Notes: generated from the letters alone by a model not told the origin. A stretch of 49,729 nt of DNA from Myxococcota bacterium (GCA_041611735.1 JBFIML010000031.1:1-49729), one strand, 5' to 3'. Positions 1-10,326 are shown, numbered from the stretch's first letter. Numbers and translations are program-made.

Positions 1-303
1 CTCCAGGTCGTCGCCGTGCGGGTCAATCCCGGCCAGCTGAACGCCTACCTCGCCCGCGTCCAGCAGCTCCAGGGCATCCTGAAGCGTCTCCGGGTGCAGG
101 TGCCCGTGCGGGTCTGGCAGGCCACGCTGGCCGGCGACGCCACGGGCACGGTCGTGGTGGGCCTCGAGTTCGCCAACCTGGCCGCCTTCGCCGACGCGAG
201 CGGCAAGATGGAGAAGGACGCAGAGTGGCAGCAGGTGATCGCCGGGCTCGCCGAGATCCGGACCGTCCTGTCCACCAGCCTCTACGGCGAGATCACTCCC
301 TAG
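1..303 (+). CDS. Hypothetical protein, 5'-truncated (NIPSNAP/dimeric alpha-beta barrel-like)
   Basis: Frame open from base 1 (LQVVAVRVNPGQ...) to TAG at 301-303; alternating strand/helix pattern (VVVGLEFANLAAFA...W) resembles NIPSNAP-like barrels. Confidence 0.6.
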   Translation, partial: LQVVAVRVNPGQLNAYLARVQQLQGILKRLRVQVPVRVWQATLAGDATGTVVVGLEFANLAAFADASGKMEKDAEWQQVIAGLAEIRTVLSTSLYGEITP

Positions 304-376
304 GAGCCTGATCCGAGACTGGCGGGAGAAGGGCCAGGCATCGGGCGGGGCCCCGGGCCGCCGGGACCCCGCTCCC

Positions 377-405
377 TTGCACTGCTCCCCGCACGGGGCG
401 AGAAT
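377..405 (+). promoter_or_regulatory. Possible sigma70-type promoter of the aldehyde dehydrogenase gene
   Basis: TTGCAC (377-382), N17, GAGAAT (400-405); spacer contains the inverted repeat CCCCG-CA-CGGGG. Confidence 0.3.
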
Positions 406-437
406 CCAGCAATCCCACTCCTTCCGGGAGGCCCCCC

Positions 438-1874
438 ATGGCCCAGACCGCCCAGCTCCGCCGCATCGACGTGGCGGAGAACGAAGCCCAGCGCATCTTC
501 AAGCTGCAACGCGAGGCCTGGCTTCACGCGCCGTACCCGAGCCTCGACGAGCGCCGGGAGCGCCTGCGCGCGCTCGAGCGGATCCTGCTCGAGAACGCCG
601 ACGCCATCGCCGACGCCATCAACGAGGACTTCGGCCATCGCTGCGTCGAGGAGTCGAAGATGCTCGAGCTCTTCACGTGCGTGGACGGGATCCGCCACAC
701 CCTGAAGAAGCTCCCACGCTGGATGAAGCCCCAACGCCGCCACGTCTCGGTCCTGTTCGCCACGGGCTCGAACCGGCTCATCCCCCAGCCGAAGGGGGTG
801 GTGGGCGTCGTCTCTCCCTGGAACTACCCGCTCTTCCTGACCGTGAGCCCGCTCACCAGCATCCTGGCCGCCGGCAACCGCGCCATGATCAAGATGGCGA
901 GCAACTCCCAGAACCTGTGCCGGCTGCTGGCGGAGGAGTTCCGGGCCGCCTTTGCGGAGGACACGGTCGCCGTCCTGCCGGGCGTGCGCGCCCAGGACTT
1001 CTCCACGTTGCCCTTCGACCACCTGATCTTCACGGGATCCGCCGACGCCGGGCGCACGGTGATGCGCACAGCGGCCGAGAACCTGACGCCGGTGACCCTC
1101 GAGCTGGGCGGCAAGTCCCCCACCATCGTGTGCGACGACTTCGACGTGGACGAGGCCGCCTCGCGCATCCTGTACGCGAAATTCGTGAATGCCGGGCAGA
1201 CGTGCCTGGCGCCGGATTACCTGTTCCTGCCCGAGGGCGCGGTGGACCGCTTCGTCGCGGCCGCCCAGAAGCTCCTGCCCCATCGCTACCCGGACCCGAA
1301 CGACAGCAGCTACACCTCGGTCATCGACGAGAAATCGTACCGGCGCCTGCGAGCAACCCTCGACGACGCCGCGGAGAAGGGGGCGAAGATCGTCTCGCTG
1401 GTGCCCGGGGCCACGTTCAACGACGAGCTACGCAAGATCCCGCCGTACCTCGTGCTGGACGCCACCGACGAGATGACGATCCTGCAGGAGGAGATCTTCG
1501 GCCCGCTGCTCCCGGTGAAGACCTACCAGAGCCTGGACGAGGTGATCGCCTACGTGAACGCCAAGGACCGGCCCCTCGGCTTCTACGTGTTCACCAACGA
1601 CAAGGCGCGGGAGGAGAAGCTGCTCTACGGCACCGTCTCCGGGGGGGTCACCATCAACAACTGCATGATGCACGTGGCCCAGCACGACCTGCCTTTCGGC
1701 GGCGTCGGAGCCAGCGGGATGGGCCAGTACCACGGCTGGGAGGGGTTCGTGGAGTTCAGCAAGCTGCGGCCAGTCTTCAAGAACCCGCGCCTCTCGCTGC
1801 TCCACATGTTCTACCCGCCCTACGGGCCGCGCCACCGGAGGATGCTCGACCTGCTGCTCAAGTGGAAGCGCTGA
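438..1874 (+). CDS. calB: Coniferyl aldehyde dehydrogenase-like NAD-dependent aldehyde dehydrogenase
   Basis: SPWNYP, FTGS, catalytic ELGGKSP, NAGQTCLAPDY, EEIFGP, LPFGGVGASGMGQYHG; GGAGG RBS. Confidence 0.85.
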   Translation: MAQTAQLRRIDVAENEAQRIFKLQREAWLHAPYPSLDERRERLRALERILLENADAIADAINEDFGHRCVEESKMLELFTCVDGIRHTLKKLPRWMKPQRRHVSVLFATGSNRLIPQPKGVVGVVSPWNYPLFLTVSPLTSILAAGNRAMIKMASNSQNLCRLLAEEFRAAFAEDTVAVLPGVRAQDFSTLPFDHLIFTGSADAGRTVMRTAAENLTPVTLELGGKSPTIVCDDFDVDEAASRILYAKFVNAGQTCLAPDYLFLPEGAVDRFVAAAQKLLPHRYPDPNDSSYTSVIDEKSYRRLRATLDDAAEKGAKIVSLVPGATFNDELRKIPPYLVLDATDEMTILQEEIFGPLLPVKTYQSLDEVIAYVNAKDRPLGFYVFTNDKAREEKLLYGTVSGGVTINNCMMHVAQHDLPFGGVGASGMGQYHGWEGFVEFSKLRPVFKNPRLSLLHMFYPPYGPRHRRMLDLLLKWKR

Positions 1875-3280
1875 GGGTCGCCCTTCGCATCGCACTGCTC
1901 GTGCTCGTCGTGGCGCTCGCGCTGGCCGGGCGATGGCTCTGGGTTGCCACCGCCGTGGGGGCGGGCTACGCGGCCAAGGTGACCTGCTCGCTCGTCTTCA
2001 ACTCCGGGCAGCAAGCGGAGGACGCGCTCGCCCGCTACGTCCTGCCCGAGGTGGCACCCCTCGGGCCGGCCCTCGACGTCCGGCTCCGGGAGGACGCCGT
2101 CGAGGCCCGGGTGCTCGGCGTGGGCCGCGCCCGGGCCATCCATCGGCCGGGCCTCGGCTGCACACTCGTGCCGGACGCGAGCGAGGCTCGCCTCGCCCTG
2201 CCCGAGGGCCTGGTCGAGCCCCGCCCGGGCCGGGACCGGGCGACCGCCTGGCCCCGGGGCGACGCCGGCCCCCGCCCGCCGGTGCCGCGAGCCCTCTCCG
2301 CCGCCATCGATCGCGCCTTCCGGGAGCCCGACCCGGCCACCGGCGCCGTGCGCAACACCACCGCCGTGGTGATCGTCCACGCCGGGCGCCTCGTCGCCGA
2401 GCGCTACGCCCCGGGGTACGGGCCGGCGACGCCCATGCTCTCCTGGTCCATGGCCAAGAGCGTGACGGCGGCGCTCGTCGGGCTGGCCGTGGCCGAGGGC
2501 CGCCTCGCCCTGGGCGAGCCGGCGCCGGTGCCCGAGTGGCAGGCGTCCGACGACCCGCGCCGCGCCATCACCCTCGACCAGCTCCTGCGCATGTCGAGCG
2601 GTCTCGCCTTCGACGAGACCTACGGGCCCACCAACGACGTCTCCGTGATGCTCTTCACCCGCCCGGACACCGGCGCCTTCGCGGCTGGTTTCCCGCTCGC
2701 TGCCCCCCCGGACACGCGTTGGAGCTACTCGAGCGGCACCTCGAACCTGGTGGCGCGGCTGCTGCGCGACGCCTTCCAGGGCGACCTGACGGCCCTGGTG
2801 CGCTGGTCCCGGGAGCGCCTGTTCGATCCGGCCGGGCTGGCCACCGCCTTCCTCGAGCCGGACGCCTCGGGAAGCTTCATCGGCTCGTCCTTTGCCTTCA
2901 TGACGGCCCGCGACTGGGCCCGCTTCGGTGAGCTGCACCGCCGCGACGGGGAGTGGTTCGGCCGGCGCGTGCTTCCGGAAGGCTGGGTGCGCTACGTGAC
3001 CGCGCCGACCCCTGCGGCGCCCGAGGGCCGCTACGGCGCCCACTGGTGGCTCAACGCCGGGGAGCCCGGCCAGCCCGGACGGCGTCCCTGGCCCGCGCTC
3101 CCCGCCGACCTGTACGCAGCGCGGGGTCACAGCGGCCAGTATGTGATCGTGGTGCCGTCCGCGAAGCTCGTGGTCGTGCGCCTCGGCCTCTCGCTGGGCG
3201 ACGAGGGGCAGCACGGCGTGGTCGAGCTCACGGCGGACGTGATCCGTCATTACGGGGGCCAGGGCGCGTCGCCGTCCTGA
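1862..3280 (+). CDS. Serine hydrolase, beta-lactamase class C/NylB-like, N-terminal membrane anchor
   Basis: SWSMAKS (SxxK), LLRMSSGL, WSYSSG, ARGHSGQ; hydrophobic N-terminus with YAAKVTCS; GTG start inferred, overlapping the upstream stop. Confidence 0.8.
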   Translation: MEALRVALRIALLVLVVALALAGRWLWVATAVGAGYAAKVTCSLVFNSGQQAEDALARYVLPEVAPLGPALDVRLREDAVEARVLGVGRARAIHRPGLGCTLVPDASEARLALPEGLVEPRPGRDRATAWPRGDAGPRPPVPRALSAAIDRAFREPDPATGAVRNTTAVVIVHAGRLVAERYAPGYGPATPMLSWSMAKSVTAALVGLAVAEGRLALGEPAPVPEWQASDDPRRAITLDQLLRMSSGLAFDETYGPTNDVSVMLFTRPDTGAFAAGFPLAAPPDTRWSYSSGTSNLVARLLRDAFQGDLTALVRWSRERLFDPAGLATAFLEPDASGSFIGSSFAFMTARDWARFGELHRRDGEWFGRRVLPEGWVRYVTAPTPAAPEGRYGAHWWLNAGEPGQPGRRPWPALPADLYAARGHSGQYVIVVPSAKLVVVRLGLSLGDEGQHGVVELTADVIRHYGGQGASPS

Positions 3281-3360
3281 CCCGGAGCGGGCACTAGCCG
3301 ACGCCAGCATCGCGTGCGAAGCTCGGAGCGGGCCGAGGTTCGGCGCCGAAGGAGCGGAAA

Positions 3361-4623
3361 GTGGACCTGCGCAATCTCCCCCTCGACCAGCTCGACGTCA
3401 TCACCGCGAAGTACTACGGGGAGCACGGCTATCCCCACGAGGCCTGGAAGCGCCTGCGGCGCGAGTCGCCAATCCACCGCTTCGAGCCCGAGGGCTACAA
3501 GCCCTTCTGGGCCGTGACCCGGCACGCCGACGTGATCGAGATCTCCAAGCAGCCCGCGCGCTTCAAGAGCGCAGGCCGCTTCCTCTTGTTTCCGCAGCCG
3601 CCTCCGGGGGTCGCGGACCTGGCCGAAGATCCGCCGCTTCGCATGCTCGTGAACATGGACCCGCCCGAGCACCGCGACTACCGCAGGCTCGTGAGCGGCT
3701 GGTTCACGCCGCGTGCGGTGCAGCGTCTCCAGACCCGCCTCGAGGACATCACCCGGGAGATCTTCGACGAGCTGGCCCGCGACGGCAGCAGCCAGGAGTG
3801 CGACTTCGTGCGCGACGTGGCCGCCCGCCAGCCCCTGCGCATGATCACCGAGATCCTCGGGATCCCGCGCGAGAAGGAGGACTTCGTCCTCCGCGTCACC
3901 AACGAGAATTTCGGCCTCGAGGACCCGGACTTCCAGCGGGAGGGCGAGACCCGCGAGGAAGTGCTCGGCTTCCTGGCCGAGGCCTTTGCCTACCTGAACG
4001 AGATCACGGAGGAGCGCCGCCGGAACCCGCGCGAGGACCTCTCCACGGTGCTGGCCCAGGCGACCCTGCGCGGCCAGCCCGTGCCGCAGTTCGAGCTCTT
4101 CTCGCTCTACTACCTGATCATGGTGGCCGGCCACGACACCACCCGGAACGCCATCTCGGGGGGGCTGCTGGCCTTGCTCGAGCATCCGGAGGAGCTCGAG
4201 AAACTGCGCCGCAACCCGGATCTCGTCGAGACGGCCGCCGACGAGATCGTACGCTGGACCACGCCGGTGAACCACTTCGTGCGCACCGCCGTCGCCGACT
4301 GCGAGCTGCGCGGCCAGAAGGTCCGGGCGGGCGACTCCCTGGCCCTCTTCTACGCCTCGGCCAACCGCGACGAGGAGGTCTTCGAGGATCCCTTCGCCTT
4401 CCGCATCGACCGCGAGCCCAACCCCCACCTGGGCTTCGGCGTGGGCGAGCACTTCTGCCTGGGCGCCCACCTGGCGCGCATGGACCTCCGGGTCTTCTTC
4501 CGCCAGTTCGCCGAGCGCGTGGAGTCGCTCGAGCTGGCCGGCCCCGTCGAGCGCCTGCACGCGAGCTTCGTGGGGGGCCCCAAGCGCCTTCCCATCCGCT
4601 ATCGGCTGCAGCCCGCCGCCTGA
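3361..4623 (+). CDS. Cytochrome P450 (CYP125/124/142-like lipid/steroid/terpenoid oxidase)
   Basis: MDPPEH, I-helix AGHDTT, ExxR (EIVR), heme motif FGVGEHFCLG. Confidence 0.93.
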   Translation: MDLRNLPLDQLDVITAKYYGEHGYPHEAWKRLRRESPIHRFEPEGYKPFWAVTRHADVIEISKQPARFKSAGRFLLFPQPPPGVADLAEDPPLRMLVNMDPPEHRDYRRLVSGWFTPRAVQRLQTRLEDITREIFDELARDGSSQECDFVRDVAARQPLRMITEILGIPREKEDFVLRVTNENFGLEDPDFQREGETREEVLGFLAEAFAYLNEITEERRRNPREDLSTVLAQATLRGQPVPQFELFSLYYLIMVAGHDTTRNAISGGLLALLEHPEELEKLRRNPDLVETAADEIVRWTTPVNHFVRTAVADCELRGQKVRAGDSLALFYASANRDEEVFEDPFAFRIDREPNPHLGFGVGEHFCLGAHLARMDLRVFFRQFAERVESLELAGPVERLHASFVGGPKRLPIRYRLQPAA

Positions 4624-4637
4624 CCGGGAGAATCGCC

Positions 4638-5183
4638 ATGCCTCGCCTCCCCTACCTGGATCCCCAGACCGCCCCGGAGCCGGTGCGCGAGGCCCTGGCC
4701 GCACTGCCGGACCTCCGGGTCTTCCGTCTGATGGCCAACGCCACCACCTGCTTTCGGCCGCTGCTCCGGCTCGGCGCTGCCATCCTGGTCCAGCAGAAGC
4801 TCCGCGCGCCCCTCCGCGAGCTCGCGATCCTGCACGTGGCCCACCTCTCGCGAGCGGAGTACGAGTGGATCCAGCACGTGGAGATCGCCAGGGCAACCGG
4901 CGCCAGCGACGCACAGATCCAGGCGATCGAGTCGGAACGTCTGGACGCCCCCTGCTTCGACGAGCTGGAAGGCGCCGTCCTGCGCTTCACCACCGAGCTG
5001 GTGAGGGACGTGAAGCCCAGCGACGCCGCCCTCGACGCCCTGCGGCCGCACCTCTCGCCCGAGGAGATCGTCGAGCTGGTGGTCGCCGTCGGCTACTACA
5101 TGATGCTGGCGCGCCTGATGGAGACCGCGGAGATCGAGCCGGACGCGCCCGCCGGGACCCGCGTGTTGGCGTCCGCCCGCTAG
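4638..5183 (+). CDS. Carboxymuconolactone decarboxylase (CMD/AhpD-like) family protein
   Basis: MPRLPY start after GGGAG; RELAILHVA..YEWIQH; EIVELVVAVGYY. Confidence 0.85.
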   Translation: MPRLPYLDPQTAPEPVREALAALPDLRVFRLMANATTCFRPLLRLGAAILVQQKLRAPLRELAILHVAHLSRAEYEWIQHVEIARATGASDAQIQAIESERLDAPCFDELEGAVLRFTTELVRDVKPSDAALDALRPHLSPEEIVELVVAVGYYMMLARLMETAEIEPDAPAGTRVLASAR

Positions 5184-5203
5184 GGCACAGGCGGAGGAGC
5201 GCC

Positions 5204-8194
5204 ATGGCCGGCGCCGTCGACGAGGACCTCGTCGCACGCATCGGGCGCGAGCTCTTCGCCCGCGTGCAGGAGTCGCACCCGACCACGCTCTCGCGTGCCT
5301 GGTGGACGCAGCACATCCTCGACTGGGCCCTGCGCGACCCGCGCTTCAAGACCGATCTCTTCCGCTTCGTGGACGTGCTGCCGGCCCTGCGCACGCGGCA
5401 GGCCGTCGAGCGCCACGTGGTGGAGTACTTCGACCCCGAGGCCCACCGGACGCCTCCGCCCGTCGAGCAGCTCCTGGCCCGTCTGCGGGGCGGGCCGGTG
5501 CGAGCCCTGGTGGCCGCCCAGATGGCCCGGCAGGTGCGACGCATGGCCCAGCAGTTCATCGTGGGCCAGGCGGCCGCCGACGCCCTGCCCCGCCTGCGCA
5601 AGCTCTGGGACGCGGGGCTGGCCTTCAGCCTGGACGTGCTAGGGGAGGCGTGTCTCAGCGAGGCGGAGGCCCAGGCCTTCGCCCGCAGCTACCTCGAGCT
5701 GATCCCCGCCCTGGCGAGCGCCAGCGCCGACTGGCCCGCCCGGCCGCGACTGCACGAGACGCCCGCCGGGCCGATCCCGCGGGCCAACGTGTCGGTCAAG
5801 CTCTCGGCCCTGTATCCGCATGCGGATCCCCTGGACTGGGACCGCAGCGTGGACGAGCTGGTGCGACGCCTGCGGCCCATCTTCCGGGCGGCGCGGGACG
5901 CGGGCGTGGCGCTCAACGTGGACATGGAGGTGTCCGAGCTCAAGGACCTGACCCTCGCGGTCTTCGAGCGTGCCTGCGACGATCCGGAGTTCCGGGACTG
6001 GCCCGATGCCGCGATCGCGGTGCAGGCCTACCTGAAGAGCGCCGACGCCGACGTGGAGCGCCTTTGCGCCTGGGCCCGAAGTCGCGGCACGCCCATCACG
6101 GTCCGGCTGGTGAAGGGCGCCTACTGGGACGCGGAGTCGATCCGGGCCCGCCAGCGCGGCTGGCCGATTCCGGTCTGGGAGACCAAGCCCGAGACCGATG
6201 CGGCCTACGAGCGCTGCGCCCGGTTGCTCTGCGCCCACTACCCGCAGGTGCGGCCCGCCTTCGCCAGTCACAACCTGCGCAGCCTGGCGGCGTCCCTGGC
6301 TGAGGCGCGCAGCGCCGGCCTCGGGCCGGGCGCGCTCGAGATCCAGATGCTCTATGGCATGGGAGAGCCGGTGCACCGCGCCGTGGCGGCCACCGGCGAA
6401 CGCCTGCGCGTCTACGCCCCGATCGGGGACCTCCTGCCCGGCATGGCGTACCTGGTGCGACGCCTGCTGGAGAACACCTCCAACGAGAGCTTCCTGGTGC
6501 AGCGCTTCGAGGAGCACGTCTCCGCCGACGAGTTGCTGCGCGACCCGGCCCGGCTCGTCGACCCGAGCGCGCCCCGCTACGAGCCGCCTCCCGAGCGCTG
6601 GCTGACCGACGCCGCGGCGCCTGGCCCGTTCGTGAACACGCCGACCCTCGACTTCAGCCGCGCCGACCGGCGCGAGGCTTTCGCCGCCGCCCTGGAGCGC
6701 ACCCGCGAGCGGCTCGGCTTCGAGGTCCCCGCGCGGATCGGCGGGGAGCGTCGCACCACGGGACGCCTGGTGGAGACCCGCATGCCCCACGATCCGGACC
6801 GCGTCGTGGCGCGCATCCACACCGTCGACGCGGACGCCGTGGACGAGGCGGTGGCGCGGGCCGTCGAGGTCGGCTCGGCGTGGGGACGGGCCCCGGCCGC
6901 CGAGCGCGCTGCCGTGCTGTTCCGGGCCGCCGACCGCATGCGGTGCCGACGCCTCGATCTGGCGGCGCTCCAGGTCTTCGAGGTGGGCAAGGCCTGGCGC
7001 GAGGCCGACGCCGACGTGGTGGAGGCCATCGATTTCTGCGAGTTCTACGGCCGCGAAGCCCTGCGCCTGGGGACCCCCCAGCGCACCCAGGAGATCGACG
7101 GCGAGACCAACGACCGGGTCTACGAGCCCCGGGGCGTGGCCGCCGTCATCACGCCCTGGAACTTCCCATTGGCCATTCCCACCGGCATGACCACCGCGGC
7201 CCTGGTCCTGGGCAACCCCGTGGTGCTCAAGCCGGCGCCCGAGTCGGCGGCGGTGACGGCGCAGCTGGTGGATATCCTGGAGGAAGCCGGCCTCCCGCCC
7301 GGCGTGCTCCAGCTGCTGCCCGGTCCGGGCGAGACCGTCGGCGCGCGTCTGGCCGCGCACTCCGGGGTGGCGCTGATCGCCTTCACCGGCTCCCTGGAGG
7401 TAGGGCTCGAGCTGATGCACACGGCGGGCCAGGTACGCGCGGGGCAGCCGCAGCTCAAGCGGCTGGTCTGCGAGCTCGGCGGCAAGAACGCCATCCTGGT
7501 GGACGAGGACGCGGACCTGGACCAGGCGATCCAGGGCATCCTGCACAGCGCCTTCGGCTACCAGGGCCAGAAGTGCTCGGCCTGCTCGCGGGTCGTCGCG
7601 GTGGGCGACGTCTACGAGCCCCTCGTCGCCCGGCTGGGGGAGGCGGTGCGCGACCTCCCGGTGGGCAGCAGCGAGGCGCCGGGCACCCACGTGGGGCCCG
7701 TGATCGACGCCCGGGCCCGGGAGAAGATCGCCGGCTACGTGGCGCGCGCACGCCGCGACGGGCTGGCCCTGCTGGCGGAGGGCAAGACGCCCCCCGGGCA
7801 CGGCGTGGCCCCGGCCGTCTTCGGGGACGTGCCCCCGGAGCATCCTCTCGCCCAGCAGGAGGTGTTCGGCCCGGTGGTGGCGGTGATCCGGGCGCGCGAC
7901 TTCGACGAGGCCCTGCGCATCGCGAACGGGACCCCCTACGCCCTGACCGGAGGCGTCTACTCCCGGTCGCCTCGCCACATCGAGCAGTCCTGCCGGGAAT
8001 TCCTGGTGGGCAACCTCTACGTGAACCGCGGCATCACGGGAGCCGTGGTGGAGCGGCAGCCCTTCGGAGGCTTTCGCATGAGCGGGATCGGCTCCAAGGC
8101 CGGGGGCCGCGACTACCTGCTCCAGTTCTGCTGGCCGCGCACCATCACGGAGAACACCGTGCGGCGCGGCTTCGCCCCCGAGACCGGAGAGTAA
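5204..8194 (+). CDS. putA: Bifunctional proline dehydrogenase / L-glutamate gamma-semialdehyde dehydrogenase (no RHH domain)
   Basis: LFRFVDVLP, SVKLSAL, VDME, RLVKGAYW, FASHN, YLVRRLLENTSN; ALDH part PWNFPLAI, ELGGKN, GQKCSACSR, QPFGG; GGAGGAG RBS. Confidence 0.95.
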   Translation: MAGAVDEDLVARIGRELFARVQESHPTTLSRAWWTQHILDWALRDPRFKTDLFRFVDVLPALRTRQAVERHVVEYFDPEAHRTPPPVEQLLARLRGGPVRALVAAQMARQVRRMAQQFIVGQAAADALPRLRKLWDAGLAFSLDVLGEACLSEAEAQAFARSYLELIPALASASADWPARPRLHETPAGPIPRANVSVKLSALYPHADPLDWDRSVDELVRRLRPIFRAARDAGVALNVDMEVSELKDLTLAVFERACDDPEFRDWPDAAIAVQAYLKSADADVERLCAWARSRGTPITVRLVKGAYWDAESIRARQRGWPIPVWETKPETDAAYERCARLLCAHYPQVRPAFASHNLRSLAASLAEARSAGLGPGALEIQMLYGMGEPVHRAVAATGERLRVYAPIGDLLPGMAYLVRRLLENTSNESFLVQRFEEHVSADELLRDPARLVDPSAPRYEPPPERWLTDAAAPGPFVNTPTLDFSRADRREAFAAALERTRERLGFEVPARIGGERRTTGRLVETRMPHDPDRVVARIHTVDADAVDEAVARAVEVGSAWGRAPAAERAAVLFRAADRMRCRRLDLAALQVFEVGKAWREADADVVEAIDFCEFYGREALRLGTPQRTQEIDGETNDRVYEPRGVAAVITPWNFPLAIPTGMTTAALVLGNPVVLKPAPESAAVTAQLVDILEEAGLPPGVLQLLPGPGETVGARLAAHSGVALIAFTGSLEVGLELMHTAGQVRAGQPQLKRLVCELGGKNAILVDEDADLDQAIQGILHSAFGYQGQKCSACSRVVAVGDVYEPLVARLGEAVRDLPVGSSEAPGTHVGPVIDARAREKIAGYVARARRDGLALLAEGKTPPGHGVAPAVFGDVPPEHPLAQQEVFGPVVAVIRARDFDEALRIANGTPYALTGGVYSRSPRHIEQSCREFLVGNLYVNRGITGAVVERQPFGGFRMSGIGSKAGGRDYLLQFCWPRTITENTVRRGFAPETGE

Positions 8195-8206
8195 GCGGCG
8201 TCCGGC

Positions 8207-8737
8207 TCAGCGCGGCTCCACGGGCGGCTCGGACGGCGGCTCCTCGCGGCCGCCACGGAAGCCACGCCGCTTCGCCCGCATCTCCTCGTGGATGCGCACG
8301 AGCTCCTGACGCTGCTCCCGGGTCAGGAGGGCGCGGACCTGGAGCATGGTGCGCAGGCGGTGCTGCTGCAGCTCGATCTCCAGGGCGCCGATCCGCTCCG
8401 CCTGCCCCATCACGGCCGCCACGTCCGGCGCGTCCTGGCCCAGCAGACGCCGCATCTCCCCGTGGAGCTCACGCAGGCGCTCGTGGAGCTCCAGGGACTG
8501 GGGTTCGGCCGCTTCCGCGATGCGGCGGATCTCCGCCCGCGTGGCCCCGTCGAGCCCGAGTCGCTGCGCGTGGCGCTCGAGCATGCGCTCGATGGGCGGC
8601 GGCCCGCGGTGGAAGCGCCGGGTGCCGGGCGGCCCCATCTCGTCGCCCGCGGAAGCGGAAGACGCCAGCCCGACGGCTGCCGCCAGGAGCAGCCCCCCGA
8701 GCCGCACGCAGCCGAGCCGGGGAACGATTCGGGTCAT
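8207..8737 (-). CDS. Spy/CpxP-like periplasmic protein (heavy-metal sensor family)
   Basis: Signal peptide ending ASA; LGLDGATRAEI...LLTREQRQEL (LTxxQ-like motif). Confidence 0.8.
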   Translation of the reverse strand: MTRIVPRLGCVRLGGLLLAAAVGLASSASAGDEMGPPGTRRFHRGPPPIERMLERHAQRLGLDGATRAEIRRIAEAAEPQSLELHERLRELHGEMRRLLGQDAPDVAAVMGQAERIGALEIELQQHRLRTMLQVRALLTREQRQELVRIHEEMRAKRRGFRGGREEPPSEPPVEPR

Positions 8738-8758
8738 CGGCAGCTTCCTCGCCTCCGG

Positions 8759-9172
8759 CTAGCCACCCAGGAGGACGCCTTCGATGGCCAGGTAGTCCTC
8801 GGGGAGCCCCTCGTCCGCATCCGCCACGCCCTCCGTGGCCAGGGCGAGGAGCGCTTCCTCGGGCGTTGCCGCGGCGAGCGTCGTCGCGGCCTCCTGCCGG
8901 GCAATGCGGGGGGTTGCCTCGTCGTCAGCCAGCTCGGCCCGGGTGAACGTGAGGACGAGCAGGGCGCTCCCCGCAGCCACCACGGCCGCCCCGGCGAGCG
9001 TGGCGGGGACCCAACCGCGCCGCGGCGACGACCGCCGCGCGTCGAGCCTCGCCTGGAAGGCCACGCGCTCCTCGGCCGACAGCTCGGGCGCCGCGTAGAG
9101 CTCGTCGACCCGCCGCACGAAGGCCTGCTCCTCGGGGGTGAGATCGATGCGCTCGGGGGGCCTGGCGCTCAC
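8759..9172 (-). CDS. Putative single-pass anti-sigma factor
   Basis: 4-bp overlap with upstream ECF gene; single TM segment (WVPATLAGAAVVAAGSALLVLTF). Confidence 0.65.
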   Translation of the reverse strand: MSARPPERIDLTPEEQAFVRRVDELYAAPELSAEERVAFQARLDARRSSPRRGWVPATLAGAAVVAAGSALLVLTFTRAELADDEATPRIARQEAATTLAAATPEEALLALATEGVADADEGLPEDYLAIEGVLLGG

Positions 9173-9735
9173 GACGCCACCTCCCGCGCGGGGCCCAGGT
9201 CCGCCAGCTCCCAGCGCAGCGCTGCCAGCGCCCGGTGCAGGTGCGACTTGATGGTGCCGGTCGCCCGCCCGGTCATCTCGGCCGCCTCCCCCACCGTGAA
9301 GCCCTCCAGATGCACCAGCACGAACACCTCGCGCTGGCCGTGCGGCAGCCGCCCGAGGGCCTTCCGCACCCGCGCCCGGAGGGCCGGATCGCCGGGCGGA
9401 TCCGGACGCGGATCGGGGAGGTCCTCCGGCACGTCGCCGCCCACGGAACGCCGGACCCAGCGCCAGCGCCGATGGCGCTGCGCCTCGTTGACGAGGATGC
9501 GGTAGAACCAGGTCGAGAGGCTCGCCTGCTCCCGGAATCGATCCAGGCCACGATAGGCGCGCACGAAGGCCTCCTGGGCCACGTCTTCGGCCGCGGCCCC
9601 GTCGCCACCGACGAGGCGCCAGGCCAGGCCGACCGCCCGACTCCGGTGCTCCGACACGAAGGCGGCGAAGCGCCGCTCCCGGTCCGCGTCCACCGCGCCA
9701 CTCGCTCCTTCGAGGTCATCGATCCGCGTCCCCAT
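9169..9735 (-). CDS. ECF RNA polymerase sigma factor
   Basis: AEDVAQEAFVRAY, STWFYRILVN (region 2); LPHGQREVFVL..GTIKSHLHRA (region 4). Confidence 0.93.
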   Translation of the reverse strand: MGTRIDDLEGASGAVDADRERRFAAFVSEHRSRAVGLAWRLVGGDGAAAEDVAQEAFVRAYRGLDRFREQASLSTWFYRILVNEAQRHRRWRWVRRSVGGDVPEDLPDPRPDPPGDPALRARVRKALGRLPHGQREVFVLVHLEGFTVGEAAEMTGRATGTIKSHLHRALAALRWELADLGPAREVAS

Positions 9736-9852
9736 CCGAGCGTCCGACCGGGCCTCCGATGCGCTCCTCCCATGTAGCGACCAGCGGACCGGCGCGCGAG
9801 CGCAAGCGGCGGAAGAGGCCCCGAGCCTCCCCCGCCGCCCCCCCGGCGTTTC

Positions 9853-10326
9853 CTAGTAGGGCGACCGTGCGCCGGGCCCGCGCTCCGGCCGCTCCCGCAG
9901 CGTCTGCCACTGCTCCGGGGTGAGCAGCTCGCGCACCGCCAGCAGCGTGCGCAGCTCGGCCTTGCGCGCCTCCGTGTGAAGCGCACCCAGCGTGTCGGCC
10001 TGGGCCAGGACGGCCTCCGGAGCCGGGCTCTCCTGGTCGAGCAGGGCACGCATCTGCTCGTGGGCCCCGCGCATCTCGCCGCGGAACTCGCGCCGCTGTT
10101 CGCGCGCCTCGTCGAGCAGCGCATAGACCGCCTGGCGCGTCTCGGTCTGGAGGTCGAGGGCCTCGATGCGCTGCTCGAGGCGCTCGGCACGCGGACCGAA
10201 GTGGCCCTCCTTGTGTTGGCAGCCGCCTCCGTGCGGCCCCCGCGCGAGGGCACCGCCCGCCACGGCGAGCCCCGCGACCAGCGCGAGAGCCGCTACCCCC
10301 CAACGACCTGCCGGTGAACGCTTCAT
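9853..10326 (-). CDS. Spy/CpxP-like periplasmic protein
   Basis: Signal peptide ending ALA; His/Gly-rich N-terminus; ELLTPEQW motif; AGGAGG RBS. Confidence 0.8.
   Translation of the reverse strand: MKRSPAGRWGVAALALVAGLAVAGGALARGPHGGGCQHKEGHFGPRAERLEQRIEALDLQTETRQAVYALLDEAREQRREFRGEMRGAHEQMRALLDQESPAPEAVLAQADTLGALHTEARKAELRTLLAVRELLTPEQWQTLRERPERGPGARSPY

Noticed and set aside
343-374. GC-rich hairpin after the first gene
   Set aside because: Could be a terminator, but it lacks a U-tract and such stems arise easily at this GC content
377-1861. N-terminal half of the 967-aa ORF 377..3280
   Set aside because: Pro/Arg-rich shadow frame over the aldehyde dehydrogenase; only the part from about 1862 has serine-hydrolase motifs
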